A stretch of 62,418 nt of DNA, counting the filler, from Sluysia triapertura (Eukaryota), in assembly GCA_046118255.1 (NCBI GenBank). It is 5 parts of 5 records of this genome, joined end to end, with 100 filler letters (N's around TTAATTAATTAA, not from the genome) between each part and the next. Parts side by side here need not be neighbours in the genome. Positions count along the whole stretch, not along the records: positions 14,788 to 28,574 come from JBJNIA010019850.1; positions 28,675 to 39,871 come from JBJNIA010187535.1; 3 more parts are not named here. One strand, given 5' to 3'. The translations under genes were made by a program, and so were the position numbers. Under the pieces are notes generated by a model. The model ran no database searches and had not been told where the DNA came from. It saw only the letters and a list, made by a program, of their open reading frames with translations. Shown here piece after piece: positions 25,205 through 38,660 of the stretch; within the stretch, counting starts at the first letter, position 1; each line of letters starts with the position of its first letter.

Positions 25205-25646
25205 GTGTCATTTAGTACACTTGACTGTAACAATCTAAAATTGTTAGATGGAGCTGAGAGCTCAGCGACTAACTTTCACTTTCATTAACCTCATTAAAAT
25301 GGAGTGTCAGGTAGATACAAATGAACATTTCCTTTTCTATTTTAATCAACATTTAAACGCTGCAGAAGCCACCAGAATGATGTGTTGCATTTATGGAGAA
25401 AAGGCAATCAGTGAACGAACAGGACCAAGCTTCTTTAAACGTTGGATTGACAAACTGCCAGAACAGTGGAAGTGATCGATTGTGGCGGAGAATAACTCAC
25501 CAATTTAGAGACTGAAATATTTGCTTTTTCTAATGATTTAATAAATTCATTTTGTTATCTGTAATTTTTTGCATGGTTTTTATTCTTGATCAGTATGCAT
25601 TGTTCATAATTGTAAAAACCGTACCAACTTATGCACCAACTCAATA
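25205..25646 (+). mobile_element. Internally deleted mariner element
   Basis: MECQVDTNEHFLFYFNQHLNAAEATRMMCCIYGEKAISERT (mariner N-terminal HTH) is fused directly to FFKRWIDKLPEQWK (mariner C-terminus). The 3' TIR aaaaaccgtaccaacttatgcaccaactcaa is followed by TA. The 5' TIR was not found. Confidence 0.85.
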
Positions 25647-26036
25647 TTATACATTTTCCTAATGTTATTCTACATGTACTTTCTCATTTATTTGGCCGTT
25701 TTCTTCATACAATAATTATTCACATTACGTAAAAAATTTTGATAGTACACATACATTTGTATTATACACAAGCACACTAAAAATAATAAATCCATATACA
25801 CACAGAGATTTTCTTTTCAAATGCAATATATTTTAGAATATTGAAATGATTTAATGAATTAAAATGTAAAATGTATGAATACACAATGTACAAAGAGATT
25901 ATTTGATGATCTACGATTAAAGATTTGTCGATTATTTTGCGTTGTAAAGTAATTGTGTGAATAAGTGTTAATTATATATTTATTTCTTTTATATAATTTA
26001 AAGAAATTACTCATTGTTATTTACAATAATATAATA

Positions 26037-26301
26037 CAGAGGTGGCCAAGCTCCTTGATAGTCCGAGCCATTTAAATAAGTATTAAAAATATTTTTTCAT
26101 CGAGTCATATCATTCTTAACTTGGACGGAAATGAAATTTATTACAACGTCGTACTTAGTCTTTCATATTTGTCAGTAATTTAAAAGATATTTTGAAACAC
26201 GCATACGGAACGATAATATTTTTTAAAATGAAAGGGATCTCGAGTACATTTATCGAGAGCCACAAATAATCCTTCAAACAGACACAGTTTGGTCACCCCT
26301 G
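26037..26301. mobile_element. hAT (Charlie-like) MITE
   Basis: TIRs cagaggtggccaag / gtttggtcacccctg; 8-bp TSD atataata / gtataata; subterminal gagcca motifs. Confidence 0.8.
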
Positions 26302-26494
26302 GTATAATATAATATGCTTTACAATAAAATAAAGTTAACCGAACATATCAAATATTATTGTTTATTTAATCGATATTCACATTTCTGTAGATCGATGTTT
26401 TCTTTTTCTCCATGTTTAATCTTTTTTCCGCAAATATATCAATAAAACACGTTTTCTTTCACACCTGCTCATTTTCTCATCTTTGAGTGATTTA

Positions 26495-27046
26495 CAGGGG
26501 TGGCTAAATTATTAGACTAAAAACTATTTTTGTGATAAAATTCAACATTTTTCAAAGACACTATGTAACTATTAATCAAAAGTGATTAATATATTACATT
26601 TACAGAAAATGTAAAATGTTGGAAAATAACTACTTTCTCCAAAAAATTCTGGTGAAAATAAAATAATAGATAAAAATACTGACAACCAAAATATACAGAA
26701 ATTTTATTCATGTGAAATGTGATAACACAATTTACTACAAATCAAATATGTGCAAACTATTGCATCAGTACTTTGTTTGGCCTCCTTTGTTGTCCAATAA
26801 TTTCCTGATCCTTAAAAGCGCATGCCACAGATGAGCTTGGGGCACAAGTTTTAGATCTCGTCATCGCGATGCCACACTTTTATCAGGGTTTCAATAAGTT
26901 TATGGGTAGAAACTCTCCTTTTGACAATCTCCCTCAGATTTTCTATGTGATTCATGTCTGGAAAGTTTCCAGGCCGAGGTATCAAATATTAAGAAAACCA
27001 AAAAACACATTTTCCCTGTTTTAGTCTAATAATTTGGTCACCACTG
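26495..27046 (-). mobile_element. Internally deleted Tc1 element
   Basis: 28-bp TIRs cag(g/t)ggtg(g/a)c(t/c)aaattattagactaaaa flanked by TA. The minus strand encodes RPGNFPDMNHIENLREIVKRRV..LIKVW..RIRKLLDNKGGQTKY* (Tc1 WPGNSPDLNPIEN...KGGxTKY). Confidence 0.9.
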
Positions 27047-27406
27047 TATTAAAAAAATAATTCAAAATATATCTAGAGAAGAAACAGCTGAAATTGTTTA
27101 CGAATATATGATTATCTTTTATTATTATTTTATTGCAGATTTTTATTTCTGCAATAAAATCTGCGTTTACTAAATAAAAATCAAATCTAACCTCGAGTTC
27201 ATTTTTACTGGTGTTAATTCGAGCTAGCAAACAAAACATGCCGTACAAATTGGTCATTATTTTACCGATGTACAAAAGGAAAAGCTCCGAGTTTTTGTTC
27301 TAAAAATTAAACGAATGATAATATAGGGTTTAACACTTATTTCGAACTTTTTAAAAATCCTGTACTATTTTTTGAAGTTTGTAAGGTATATATTATCCTA
27401 AATTAA

Positions 27407-28050
27407 ATGATTAAAAACAATTAGTAATGAAGTACGAGAAAATATCATAAAATCATATATTTCACGTGGATGTAAAATTATCAACGGTTTATTCAATTTC
27501 AATTGTGGATTCTTATATTAAAACTTTGGAAGATTGTAGAGTGTTTCCGAAATTAAATAAAGACTGGATTGATCAAGATGGTACCATATCTTTGAGAGAT
27601 TTAGTTGATAAATGTGAAGATGTTTTTAATATCGCTGTTTCTACAACTACAATCGAACCTTATATTTATGGATGAGACTGGATTCAAGAGAAAGATCGCC
27701 TGCGGTTATCACTGTGCCACAAATAAAGTCGATAAATGTATCGATATGCTGTGCAATTTCCCAATCTGAGATACTGTATTACAAATCCCAAGTTTTTAAT
27801 TCCACGTCTTACATTCAATTCCTTAATAACTTGATCAACAAAATGAAAGAAAAAAATAGCGAAACAATATTGTTAAAGGCGTTGTTATGAGCGATAAATG
27901 TTGAGTTTGATTATTTACCTCAGTCTCCATTTTTAAATGGAAAAAGGAGAAAACCGAATAATGAAACAGAATTGATAGTGCGTCATTTAATGTCGGACGA
28001 GAACTGAAATGATATTACATGAATATGGTGCTATCGCATATGTTAAGATG
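27407..28050 (+). mobile_element. Degenerate IS630/Tc1-type (DD34E) transposase
   Basis: Fragments WIDQDGTISLRDLVDKCEDVFNIAVSTTTI (HTH), VPQIKSINVSICCAIS..FNSTSYIQFLNNL and FDYLPQSPFLN (cf. YLPPYSPFLNPIE). Confidence 0.75.
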
Positions 28051-28574
28051 TAGAGGTTTATAGTGATTATGGTATATAATTTTAAAAAATAAAGGTTGCA
28101 AATTCCAAATAATATCATGACATAAATTAGGTAACTGAAGTAACTAGCCAGTATGGCTCGTCTTCAATCCATTAAAATGAAGAATATTTACAGAAACATC
28201 AAGAAGAACTAAAATAGAAATGATCAATGTAAAGAATGACAAAGAAAATTGTCATTCACAAATTAATAAAACTTGAGAAAATAGATAAAAAGTGAATAAT
28301 AACAAGATAGATGTAAATAAACAATAAAAAGTAACCGAACTGCAAACTTAAATAAAAATAATATATATCTAAATATTGATGAGATTATTAGATGCAACTG
28401 GTCACAGAACTGGTTATATTTATAGATATGCACCAATTTTGATTGATCGAGCCAATTCTAAACATGATGATGGTAATTTGGCGGATAAAGAAGATGCTGA
28501 CGCAGACGATGAAGATGAAGATGTTGAAGTACCTCCATCAGCTACATCAATCTCTATGGCTTTGAATTTAACAC

Positions 28575-28674
28575 NNNNNNNNNNNNNNNNNNNNNNNNNN
28601 NNNNNNNNNNNNNNNNNNTTAATTAATTAANNNNNNNNNNNNNNNNNNNNNNNNNNNNNNNNNNNNNNNNNNNN
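28575..28674. other. Artificial contig linker
   Basis: 44N-TTAATTAATTAA-44N. Confidence 0.95.

Positions 28675-28743
<69 letters not shown>
28675..28743. repeat. (TAT)n microsatellite
   Basis: Perfect trinucleotide run at the contig start. Confidence 0.97.
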
Positions 28744-28744
<1 letters not shown>

Positions 28745-29334
28745 TATTATTTATTTTTTGAGTTTTCATTAAAAGCCCTTATAATTTAGATGAGTGTAAA
28801 ATAAATTATAATTATATAAATAAATAAAAACCTAAGTATATAGCAAAAATTTTTGGCATCATTTAATATGGTTTATTTTATTTTTACAATTCTAAAATGC
28901 AACTAGAATTTTAACAATTTTAATTTCATTAATCATGTTGGCCAAATTAAATTTTATTTTATTACACAATACAAGCAATTCATTGAACTCACAATGATAT
29001 TTTGTAGCTATAGTGAGAAATTTTGCATTTATTTTTTAATTTTTGTGTTGAACAATTAAAATATTTAATTTGATAAAATAATATTTTTGATATAATGAAA
29101 ATATTACACATTGTATTAAAAAACAGCAGCTAAACATATTTTTATTATCATGCTACAACTATATCAATAAAACTAATTTCTATATAATAGGTTATATGCT
29201 ATTAATGTTTTCTTTATAAATTATTTTATTTTTATTGGTTATTCTTTAGTGCTTAGAAATAATTTTATTTTTAGAAATTGGGTATTTCAGAAATTTTATT
29301 TAAATTTATGCTGCTTAAACAAGTCTAAATATTT

Positions 29335-29802
29335 ATGTTGCTTTGTGGTGGTGATAAAGTTCTTTTTGGATTTTATGCATTTGGAATTGTTTTGCTACTT
29401 ATCGGTGGTTGCCTATGGGGTCAAGGAGTAGATAATAATTTAATAGAAAGAAGAAATTGTGGAATAATATTGTTCATTATTGGCGGTTTCGGATTTATTA
29501 CAGCTATTATACTCAATGTAATTAAAATATATCAAGAGTGGCGCACTGAAATTGATGCGAAGAATCGTTCAAAAATTGTTTTAAATCAACAAATTTTAGC
29601 TCACGAAGTAAAATTATTAAAAGCTCAATCAATGAAATATTCAACATTGAATTCATTTAAAAATCAAAACTATTTTTTATCAATGCGTACTCCAACAGAT
29701 TACAAAACTATGGATATTTTGAAGAACGGAACAGAAAACAAATGTTATAATGAAAGTGACGAATCATTTAATTTTAATAAGTTTAATGTAACAATAAAAT
29801 AA
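29335..29802 (+). CDS. Small two-transmembrane protein
   Basis: 155-aa ATG ORF with two Gly-rich hydrophobic helices (VLFGFYAFGIVLLLIGGCLW; GIILFIIGGFGFITAIILNVI) and a polar C-terminal tail. Confidence 0.7.
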   Translation: MLLCGGDKVLFGFYAFGIVLLLIGGCLWGQGVDNNLIERRNCGIILFIIGGFGFITAIILNVIKIYQEWRTEIDAKNRSKIVLNQQILAHEVKLLKAQSMKYSTLNSFKNQNYFLSMRTPTDYKTMDILKNGTENKCYNESDESFNFNKFNVTIK

Positions 29803-30075
29803 TCAAAAGTAATGTTTTTTACAAAATTTGTATATTAATATATGTATTTAGTCTTTATATTAATTATGTATAAATTTTATTTCAAATATTGTTTTAATGA
29901 TATAGAAATACAAATAAATTGAAGACATTTTATATAAAATATTTATGTTTGGTGGTTTTTTCGTAACTAAAACAAAATTTGAATTTATTATTTAATAAAA
30001 TTACTGAATGTAATATATTTGAGAAGAATTATAAAATTTTTCATAAATTTTAACTATATAAAATTAGAATTTAAA

Positions 30076-33000
30076 ATGGTAATTTTCTTAAGTTCAGTTT
30101 CTTATGTTTTCAGGAATTTTATCAATATTATCAACCTGGGACAATGATATCTAACAGTTCAAATGGAACTGTTTATTATGTTTATAATGAACCTTCAACT
30201 GTGAGTTACTATCCTAGATACAATCATTATTACACCGCCTATAGTCCTTATCAAGTTATATGTAATAACTATGCTACTTTTACTACTGGTCCAACTCGAA
30301 GGTTGCACTATCCGGGATATGAAGTTATTACAAAAACTCAAATTAGTCAATTAAAAGCACAAATTAATGTCTACAAGTTGCTTTTAAAGTCCAGTCCAGT
30401 TTCGGATGAATTATTATATGCAGCTTATGGGGCAAAATATGATGAATATAAAAAAATAGGCTGTGAAAATGATGCAGATAAAGAAAGCGAACCTAGTTTT
30501 GTAAATGTTGATAGTTTAGACTATAATTACATTCAAAACATATGCGAAATGATAGTTTCTGATGGTATTCAGAAAAGAATTGAGGATATTGAAAATATCA
30601 ATGAAAAAGATATTAAACTACAAATTGAACTTAAATCATTAAAATTACTTAATTTTCAAAAGGACGTACGTAAAAATGTTTTAACAGAATTTAAGCAATT
30701 TTATCATCAAATGGACATTAATAAGTATCGTAAAAATAAAGTTCAAAACTTAAAGGATGCTAGATACTGTGAAAAATTGGAAAACGCTAAATTTATGGAA
30801 GAACAAATGTTTAGTAAAGAAACACATAATAAATTTATTAGTTCTATTTTAGAAAATTCAAAAGTTTTAAGAGAGTGTAGTCATTTAGGATTTACTAAGT
30901 TAAGTAAAATTAATAAGGCCATCATTAATTATTTTTCTAATAATCAACGCACAAAAAAGAAAGAACAAGAACGAATTGAAAAAGAACGTATGCGTCGTTT
31001 AATTGCTGAGGACGAAGAAGGTTATCGGAAATTAATTGATGAAAAAAGGGACTCCAGGTTGCATTTTTTATTGTCACAAACTGATGAGTTTATTGCTGGT
31101 TTGTCGAAATTAGTAAAGCATCATAAAAATGAACAAATTCAACAAAAGGAATTTCAAAAATTACACTTTAATATTGATTATATATCAAAATTGCTTCACG
31201 ATAAATACAATTTAACTGTCGCAGACAGTGCTAGAATTTGTACGTATTTGTCAAATGGGAAAGTTACTCCATCAAAGGCTGCTTTTTTGGAAAATATCCA
31301 TGTTGACGTTATTAATTACGAAACCAATGAAAAAAGGTGCGGGGATCAAGGCCCTCTACTAATTGATATCTTTCAGTGGTTAAAAATTAATAAAAACTGG
31401 AAATTAATGGTCGAAGAACCAAGAGAAACTTCATCAGCAGAAAGTTGTGAAAATAATGCAATCAATACTATTACAGATCCATCAGAAATACCTTTAACAG
31501 ATGAAGATGAATATGACAAGAATCAAAGTTATTATTCACTTGCTCATTATATCCAAGAAAAAGTTACAGAACAACCTAATCAAATGCGAAATGGAAAATT
31601 AAAGCAATATCAAATTCAAGGTTTAGAATGGCTTGTTTCTCTTTACAATAACAATTTAAACGGAATTTTGGCAGATGAAATGGGTTTAGGTAAAACTATA
31701 CAAACAATCGCGTTAATTGTATACCTAATGGAGAAGAAAAAAGTCAATGGTCCTTACTTGATCATTGTACCGTTATCGTAATTATTTATTTTTATGAGTT
31801 TTAAGAATGACAACTAATTTTATGTTTAAATATCAATGTTATTTTTTAAATATTTCAAACTTTTTTTCAAAATTCTGTTAATGATTATTAATTGTTTTAA
31901 ATGTTAACTATTTCTCATAACTTATCAATTTTATGATGTAATATTTGTACTTAGTACAAAATCAACTAAAATTTAAATTTTTTAAATTAAACCTCTGCGG
32001 GACGAATTTTTTTAAATATAAAAAAATTTATTTTGACATTTCAAGTTGATGGTGTTGCTAACCGTCATCAATATTATTGGTTATTTCAGAGGTATTATAT
32101 ATCATTGTCAAAAAACTAAAACTATTTGGTAAAATGTGGATATATTAGCAATTTGGTTAATGTGCAGAAAATGGTCGTTCACTCAACATATGAAATAAAT
32201 TAAAAATATAATATTCATATATACTAAGAATGAGTTTTTTAAAAAAATTATAGAAAAGATATGGTGATCATAGTTTTAATCATTTTATTAAATTTTATTT
32301 AATCATTTTATTGCAATTTTGTATCTAAATAGGTTGTAGAGGAAATGTAACATCTGGATTCTCTAATAAATATACATTATTAGAGACTATCAAAACAGGT
32401 AGACATCTGGTTCCCTTTTGAATTCTTTACCCTTCAAAAAACGTGGTAATCGGAGGTTGCTGTGTCTGAGGAACATGCTTGGTACGACAGAACTTCTGAG
32501 CCTACCTCTGATTTTTTGTCGAGTACCCAGTGCAGCATGCGGCCTAGCATTATTATGATGTAGTATGTTCTTCTTTCTCTTAAACATTGTCGGCCTCTTT
32601 TCTTTGATATTTTTGTTTAAAACATCTAATTGCTGACAGTATCTCTCCGAATTGAGTTCATTCGGTTTCAAAAGCTCATAATGTGTTGTTCCACGAATAT
32701 CTCACTATATACACAACATTTTCCAATTCAGGCTCAAGCTTGGTTTAGACATGGAGGATGCAGGTTGTCCGGATTCAGAGTACGCTCTTTTTCTTTCGAT
32801 GTTTTCGAGGTCACCTACATTTCATTCAAGAAGGGTTCGATTTTGTTTCAAGCAGGCAGAGATGTGCATGGGATGACTCGATCATTGAAAATTTACTCAT
32901 TTAACCCATCTCGAATATTTTCACACCAGTCGTAGTTTCCGAATATGGTCCGAAATGGTGTGCTGATCTGAATTAAGCTTTTTCGCAATCTGCGACGTCA

Positions 33001-36000
33001 AAAATGATTTTTGTCTTTTATATCATCATCATCGAACAGAGATGGCGGCCCAGAGCATGGTTTATCAGTAAACTCGAAATTTTTCGAACAATTTCCTGCA
33101 CCTTCACTCAGAAACTGTATCTTCACCAAACACTTTCACATAATTTTTATAAGCTTCTGTAATGTTGCTTCCTTATTGGAATTCGTACAAAATACAGTGG
33201 TGTAAATGAATTTTATTCATATTACACGATTGAGTCACATCTAATACAAACATAATCATCTTCGTTTTAGTTAATTTATAAGGTCACTTAAGTATACATA
33301 CCGTGATAAAAATAGAGCAATATTTCTTAAATTAATATGCACATTTTTTGTTGAAATTTGATATTGTATTATCGGACAGAATTTTCTGGTAGGCCTAAAT
33401 ATATTAAAATAGTTTCTAACGCATTTATGAACAATAATGAACAAGTTTCCATTGAGTAGTAAAATATGTGAAATCTAATATAATCAAAAAACTATTTATC
33501 AAACAGGAAAAAATGACATTCAAGTAAACACTAAATGAAAAACCATTGCACTACTATATTTTTCATATATTGAGTAGCTGCTTCTGTAATTTCGATGAGA
33601 AATAACAAACAAATTTATGAAACACGAGGTTTACATATAAAATATTGGTGTCACAAGTTTGATCAGGTTCATAATTATTTTACAGGATTTTATATTTGTC
33701 ACTACTAATTTATTGTTACATTCTTTAACTTATTCAGTTACTCATTATTTATCGGTTATCCATTAAATCACGTATTTCAAAATTTCCAACCTGTAAATCT
33801 AATAATTCTAACAGAACTTACAGTTTATGTCACTAGCACATAGAATTTTAAATAACAAAGTATTTTTTCGAAGTACAATTAACATAATAAAAATAAAAAC
33901 AAAAACTCAGTTTTTTACACCAATTTTGCTATATGTGTCTCAACTTTTTGATTTCAGATATATTTAATTATTTTTTTATTATCCATTAACGTATGAGATT
34001 AATTACGTATAGATTAAAGTTGATGTAATTTTTTGTAATTTAAAATAGAACTAAAAATCTTAGTAATCTCAAAGAAAAAACTTAAAAAACAACTGTAATT
34101 AAGATTAAAATATTTCTAAAACGCACTTAATTTAAGAAACAAAGATATAATGTAGAAGACATTGTGGGTCTTGCCAAACTTAGAAAACAGATTAAACGAA
34201 ACCACCATAAGAATGAAAAAACATACGCTTTTAGTAAAATAGCAATGAATAAACAAATAGTAGCAAGTACAAACTAATCAAGCCAACACAACTATTAATT
34301 GTATGTAAATGAATGAATGAATTACAGTAAGCTAAACCAAATTAGATATAATTGAAATTAACTGTACAATGGAATTTTTAAATTAATGGCCAAGGTATAA
34401 TATTCATGAAAGGTACAATATGAAGTAAAGTTTTCTCATGGTATTGAAATTTTGATTTTTGTTTGGAAATGAAAATACAATTTTACCTGATTGACACGTC
34501 GTATCATTGTAAATACAATACCTAAATAAAATAAAAAAATTTGATTTTAAAAATTACTATTAAAATATATATTCAGTAACACCTATAAATGTTTATGCAA
34601 AAATGTATTGAAACTTATGTAAAAATATATCATAATCAAATTACCTCTTATGAGTTAAGAAACAAATGATGCAAAAATAAGGAAAGATGCCAAATGATCA
34701 CCATCGATATGATCAAGAGGATTAAAAAATGATTTAATGAAAATGCGGGAATTTCATTACCTAAAGTTCTAAAATTTGTGATGAAAAGTGATCGTAAAAA
34801 GAGGAATTGTCTCGGGTTTTATTAAGGTACTTCAGTATAAAATCAGAATTAAAAATGATTTTATATCCAAAATACAATTTCTTAAAGTATACTAGGAAAC
34901 TATTGGTAAAGGTTCCTGAGAACGTAATAGCCAAAGAACTGGACATACGACAAGCTTATTACCTCGAAATTGCGGACTAGTGAAATTTTGTATTTTCTTG
35001 ATGATACTGGCATACATCACAAGCAGATTCGTAACTTAGGATATTCTTCCAAAGACACTAAAGCATTTAAAATTATGGAAAGACTGTTAGCTGTATGGTA
35101 GCAATTAAAAAGACAGGAATAATTTTCTGTGGAATTAAGGATGGGAATTTTAAAGGAAAAGGCTCATAGAGTTTATTGCTAATAAATTATTTTTACATTT
35201 CGTAACAAACTTAGTGATGTTTTAGTAATGGACATTTGTAGGTTTAACCAGAGAAGGATATTACAGATTTGTTACTTTTGATAAACAAATTATTGTTTTA
35301 TTTCATTGTATTTTCCCCAATTAAATCCAATTGAGAAATATTTAGTCATTTTAAATCAAAATTTCTTTACATTATATTGCAAATGAATTTAACCCTTAAA
35401 TGCATGATTTTTCTTAAAAATGATTTTGTATGACCAATTTCATTTTATAGTTAATAATCATGTAGTTTTCGTGATTATAAGGCCAATTTCTTTACAAAGA
35501 GGTAATTTTGTTTCATTAATACAGTTATAGCTATATAATTTATATATTAGTTTGTATTCATTTAGATATAAATGTTCTGTTTTATTAAATAGAAATGCTT
35601 TTCGTTTCTGAGGCCTTTCCATTTAACCGCAGCTTTTTTAATTTTCTAATTATATTTGAAAAGTCCCAATTTGTCTTTTTCATCCTATATTTTTCTTCTG
35701 ATTTGTTTTTTAAAGACGTTCTTTTACTGCTTATTGAGATGCTTTTAAACTATTTTCAAGATACACTTTATTCTTGTTTACGTTTTAGATTTAATAGACT
35801 TTAAAGTTACTGAGTTTAAATATGAACGCATTAAATAAAAGAATATATTATTCTTATTTTATATTTTAATTTTATAATCTTATATCTTAATTATAATTTT
35901 TTGCTGATTGCATAGTATTTATTTATTTAATTATTTTTTTCAGAACAATTTCAAATTGGTCAATTGAATTCGAGAATTGGGCACCTCATGTAAATAGAAT

Positions 36001-36719
36001 AATTTATAAAGGATCACCATTTTTTCGAAAATCTCTTCAAACTAAATTAAAATCAGGAAAATTCAACGCGGTGCTTACAACATATGAATACATAATAAAA
36101 GATAAATCACTTTTAAGCAAGGTATAAATTTTAGAAATACAAGAATAATTATTGTAATATTTTTTAGATAATATGGAAATATATTATAATAGATGAAGGT
36201 CATCGAATGAAAAATCATCATTGCAAATTAACTCAGGTACTGAATGTTCATTATCAAACATCTTATCGCATTTTGTTAACTGGTACACCATTGCAAAACA
36301 ATTTACCTGAATTATGGGCACTTTTAAATTTTTTGTTGCCAAGCATTTTCAATTCAGTTACTACTTTTGAACAATGGTTTAATGCACCCTTTGCAAACAG
36401 TGGGGAAAAGGTTAATTCATTTAGTATGCATATTTTAAAGTTAATTTTATGCTTGTTACAAATAAACATAATTATGTAAAAATGTATTTTATTACAGGTT
36501 GAATTAAACCAAGAAGAAACTTTGTTAATTATAAGGCGTTTACATAAAGTATTAAGACCATTTTTGTTGCGAAGATTAAAAAAAGAAGTTGAAAATCAAT
36601 TACCAGATAAAGTAGAATATGTTATAAAATGTGAAATGTCTGCTCTTCAAAGAACACTTTATATTCACATGCAAAACAAAGGCGTTATCTTAACCGATGG
36701 TTCTGAAGTTGATAAAAAA
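30076..36719 (+). CDS. brm (SMARCA2/4): Brahma/BRG1 SWI/SNF ATPase, 5' part (exons 30076-30078, 30114-31777, 35944-36121, 36168-36410, 36498-36719)
   Basis: QLQ ([15 protein letters not shown]), HSA ([24 protein letters not shown]), [62 protein letters not shown]. All introns are GT-AG and in phase. No helicase-C or bromodomain exons were found before the contig ends. Confidence 0.96.
32330..33398 (-). mobile_element. Degenerate mariner transposon inside brahma intron 2
   Basis: [37 protein letters not shown] (HTH), [30 protein letters not shown]-like ttaggcctaccagaaaattctgtccg lies at about 33373-33398. Confidence 0.88.
34650..35370 (+). mobile_element. Degenerate IS630/Tc1-type transposase inside brahma intron 2
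   Basis: Fragments ILYFLDDTG (first Asp), VLVMD (second Asp) and [11 protein letters not shown] (ccccaattaaatccaattgagaaatat). Confidence 0.7.
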
Positions 36720-37075
36720 GTTATTAATTTATTTCATATATACATTAATTTTTTTAATTTTCATAATTTTGTCAATTAATTCAATTTCACATTATTTAAT
36801 CAATTTAATTGAATAGCTTGAATTTAAAGTGTTATGTGTCTGGTATTTAAGTCATATATGAAACAGATGTAAAATAAACAGTTTTACCAACAATGAGTGC
36901 ATTTTTTACAAGAAATTTCATATTTAAATTTACGCAAATGCAAGTAGTATAATAAATGAATGTGACAAGAAAAAATTTTCTACCCAATAAACAATAAGTG
37001 TTGAAAATAATTTTAAAATTTGAAATATACCTCAATGTATTTTAACATAATTTAATGCAAATAAACGTTCTTTAA

Positions 37076-37212
37076 CCCATTCGCTGCCAAGCCCAAATTA
37101 TATGAAATCATCCTCATTGCCATTTATATTTATAATTTGCTTATTCAAAAGCCTGCATGTTATAATACATTTAAAGTAGGACGAGTATACTCGTCTTGGC
37201 AAAGCGAATGGG
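37076..37212. mobile_element. piggyBac-type MITE
   Basis: TTAA on both sides; TIRs cccattcgc-tgccaag / cttggcaaagcgaatggg; internal perfect palindrome gacgagtatactcgtc (37180-37195). Confidence 0.88.
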
Positions 37213-38399
37213 TTAAAATGCTTTTCTTTCCAGAAGGAAATAATATAAGCCAGAATAATTATCAATTTAATAACACTATTTAATGCTATATTAACAAATA
37301 TTATTCAATTATTTTTATGTGTAGATAAATTTTACCAAAAATATTATGGAATTCAAGTTATTATTTTAATAGAACATCTTGAAACAAAATCATTAAATGA
37401 TTTGTTTATTACCTAATTCACAGAAAAATCCAACAAAATCTAACTAAAATGTATATTAATTATTTTCTAAGTTTGAGCGGGACATGCACACAAAAATGAT
37501 GTATTTAATTAAATTGATAAAAGATTAAAAAACATATTGAAGGAAATTAATCATAGTTCATGTCTGAAAATTATTTTCCATTTCCTTTAATGACACACTT
37601 AAAATATAAGCTTTTACTTTTTTTTGTTTTATATAAAAGAGATAAGAAAATCCATTTTTTTATTATTGCATTTATTAATGAATTTCAATAAAGTAGTTTT
37701 ATTTTATCAGTATTATCACTTTTATATTATTTTATTTTATAAATCACAGGAAGTAATCAGATACAACTATTATGTATAATAATTGTAAATGTTGTGTCTG
37801 GTTCTTTTAAGTTTTGATATATAATTTTCAATTTACTAAAACCTTATCAAAAGTTAAAATAACTAGTCAGAAACTTTATTATTTTATATATTCTAACTTA
37901 AAGTAGCGATAGTAATAATAATAATAATATAATAATTATTATTATTATTAACCAAGTCACTGCCAAGCACGAGTATTAGGCATTGCCAACACGAATATAC
38001 TCAAGATACTTTCAGTATATTATAACATAAAACTTGCAAACATTTTATGGCCACAAACATAAATATAGAAGTGTAAAATTTTGAAAAAAGCTACAAATAA
38101 ATTGTCTTCACAAATATTTTACTTTATATATTAATTTTTTATGTTTATTTATGTTGGAATTATTTAGTAATAATATGAAACATTAGGTACATGGCTCATG
38201 ATACAAAATAAAATGAACATCACTGAAGAATTAAGATAAGATATTATGACTAAATAAGCGTATAATATATTTGAATCAGGACAAAAGTATGAAAAAATAT
38301 GAAGAAATGACCATTTACAAGGTTTTATTTGTTAAAATGTTGAAGTACATTTGTCAATTAACTTAATGAAAAGTTGTTTCATTTAGTAACTTTAAAAAA

Positions 38400-38660
38400 T
38401 GTTTGCTCAAGATATAATGATATTAGATTTAGCCTGTAGTTATGAGTTTTATTAGTATTTTTATTGAAGTATTACGAAACACACCGATGTCGATAGCGTA
38501 AAAATAATTTATTTTAATTAGTTTTTATAATTTAAAATTACATTAAATATGTTCCGGTGTTTAAGTATATATTAAATTGATGTTTATAAAGATACTAATC
38601 TAATTATGTTATTGAGCTTGACGTGCAACGTGCGATTGACGCATAACGTATTATACAAAA
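38400..38660 (+). repeat. Dispersed repeat family A
   Basis: Colinear with 2620-2880. Confidence 0.8.

Noticed and set aside
28376-28630. ORF ending in X..LIN
   Set aside because: Runs into the artificial linker; only a short acidic fragment is real sequence.
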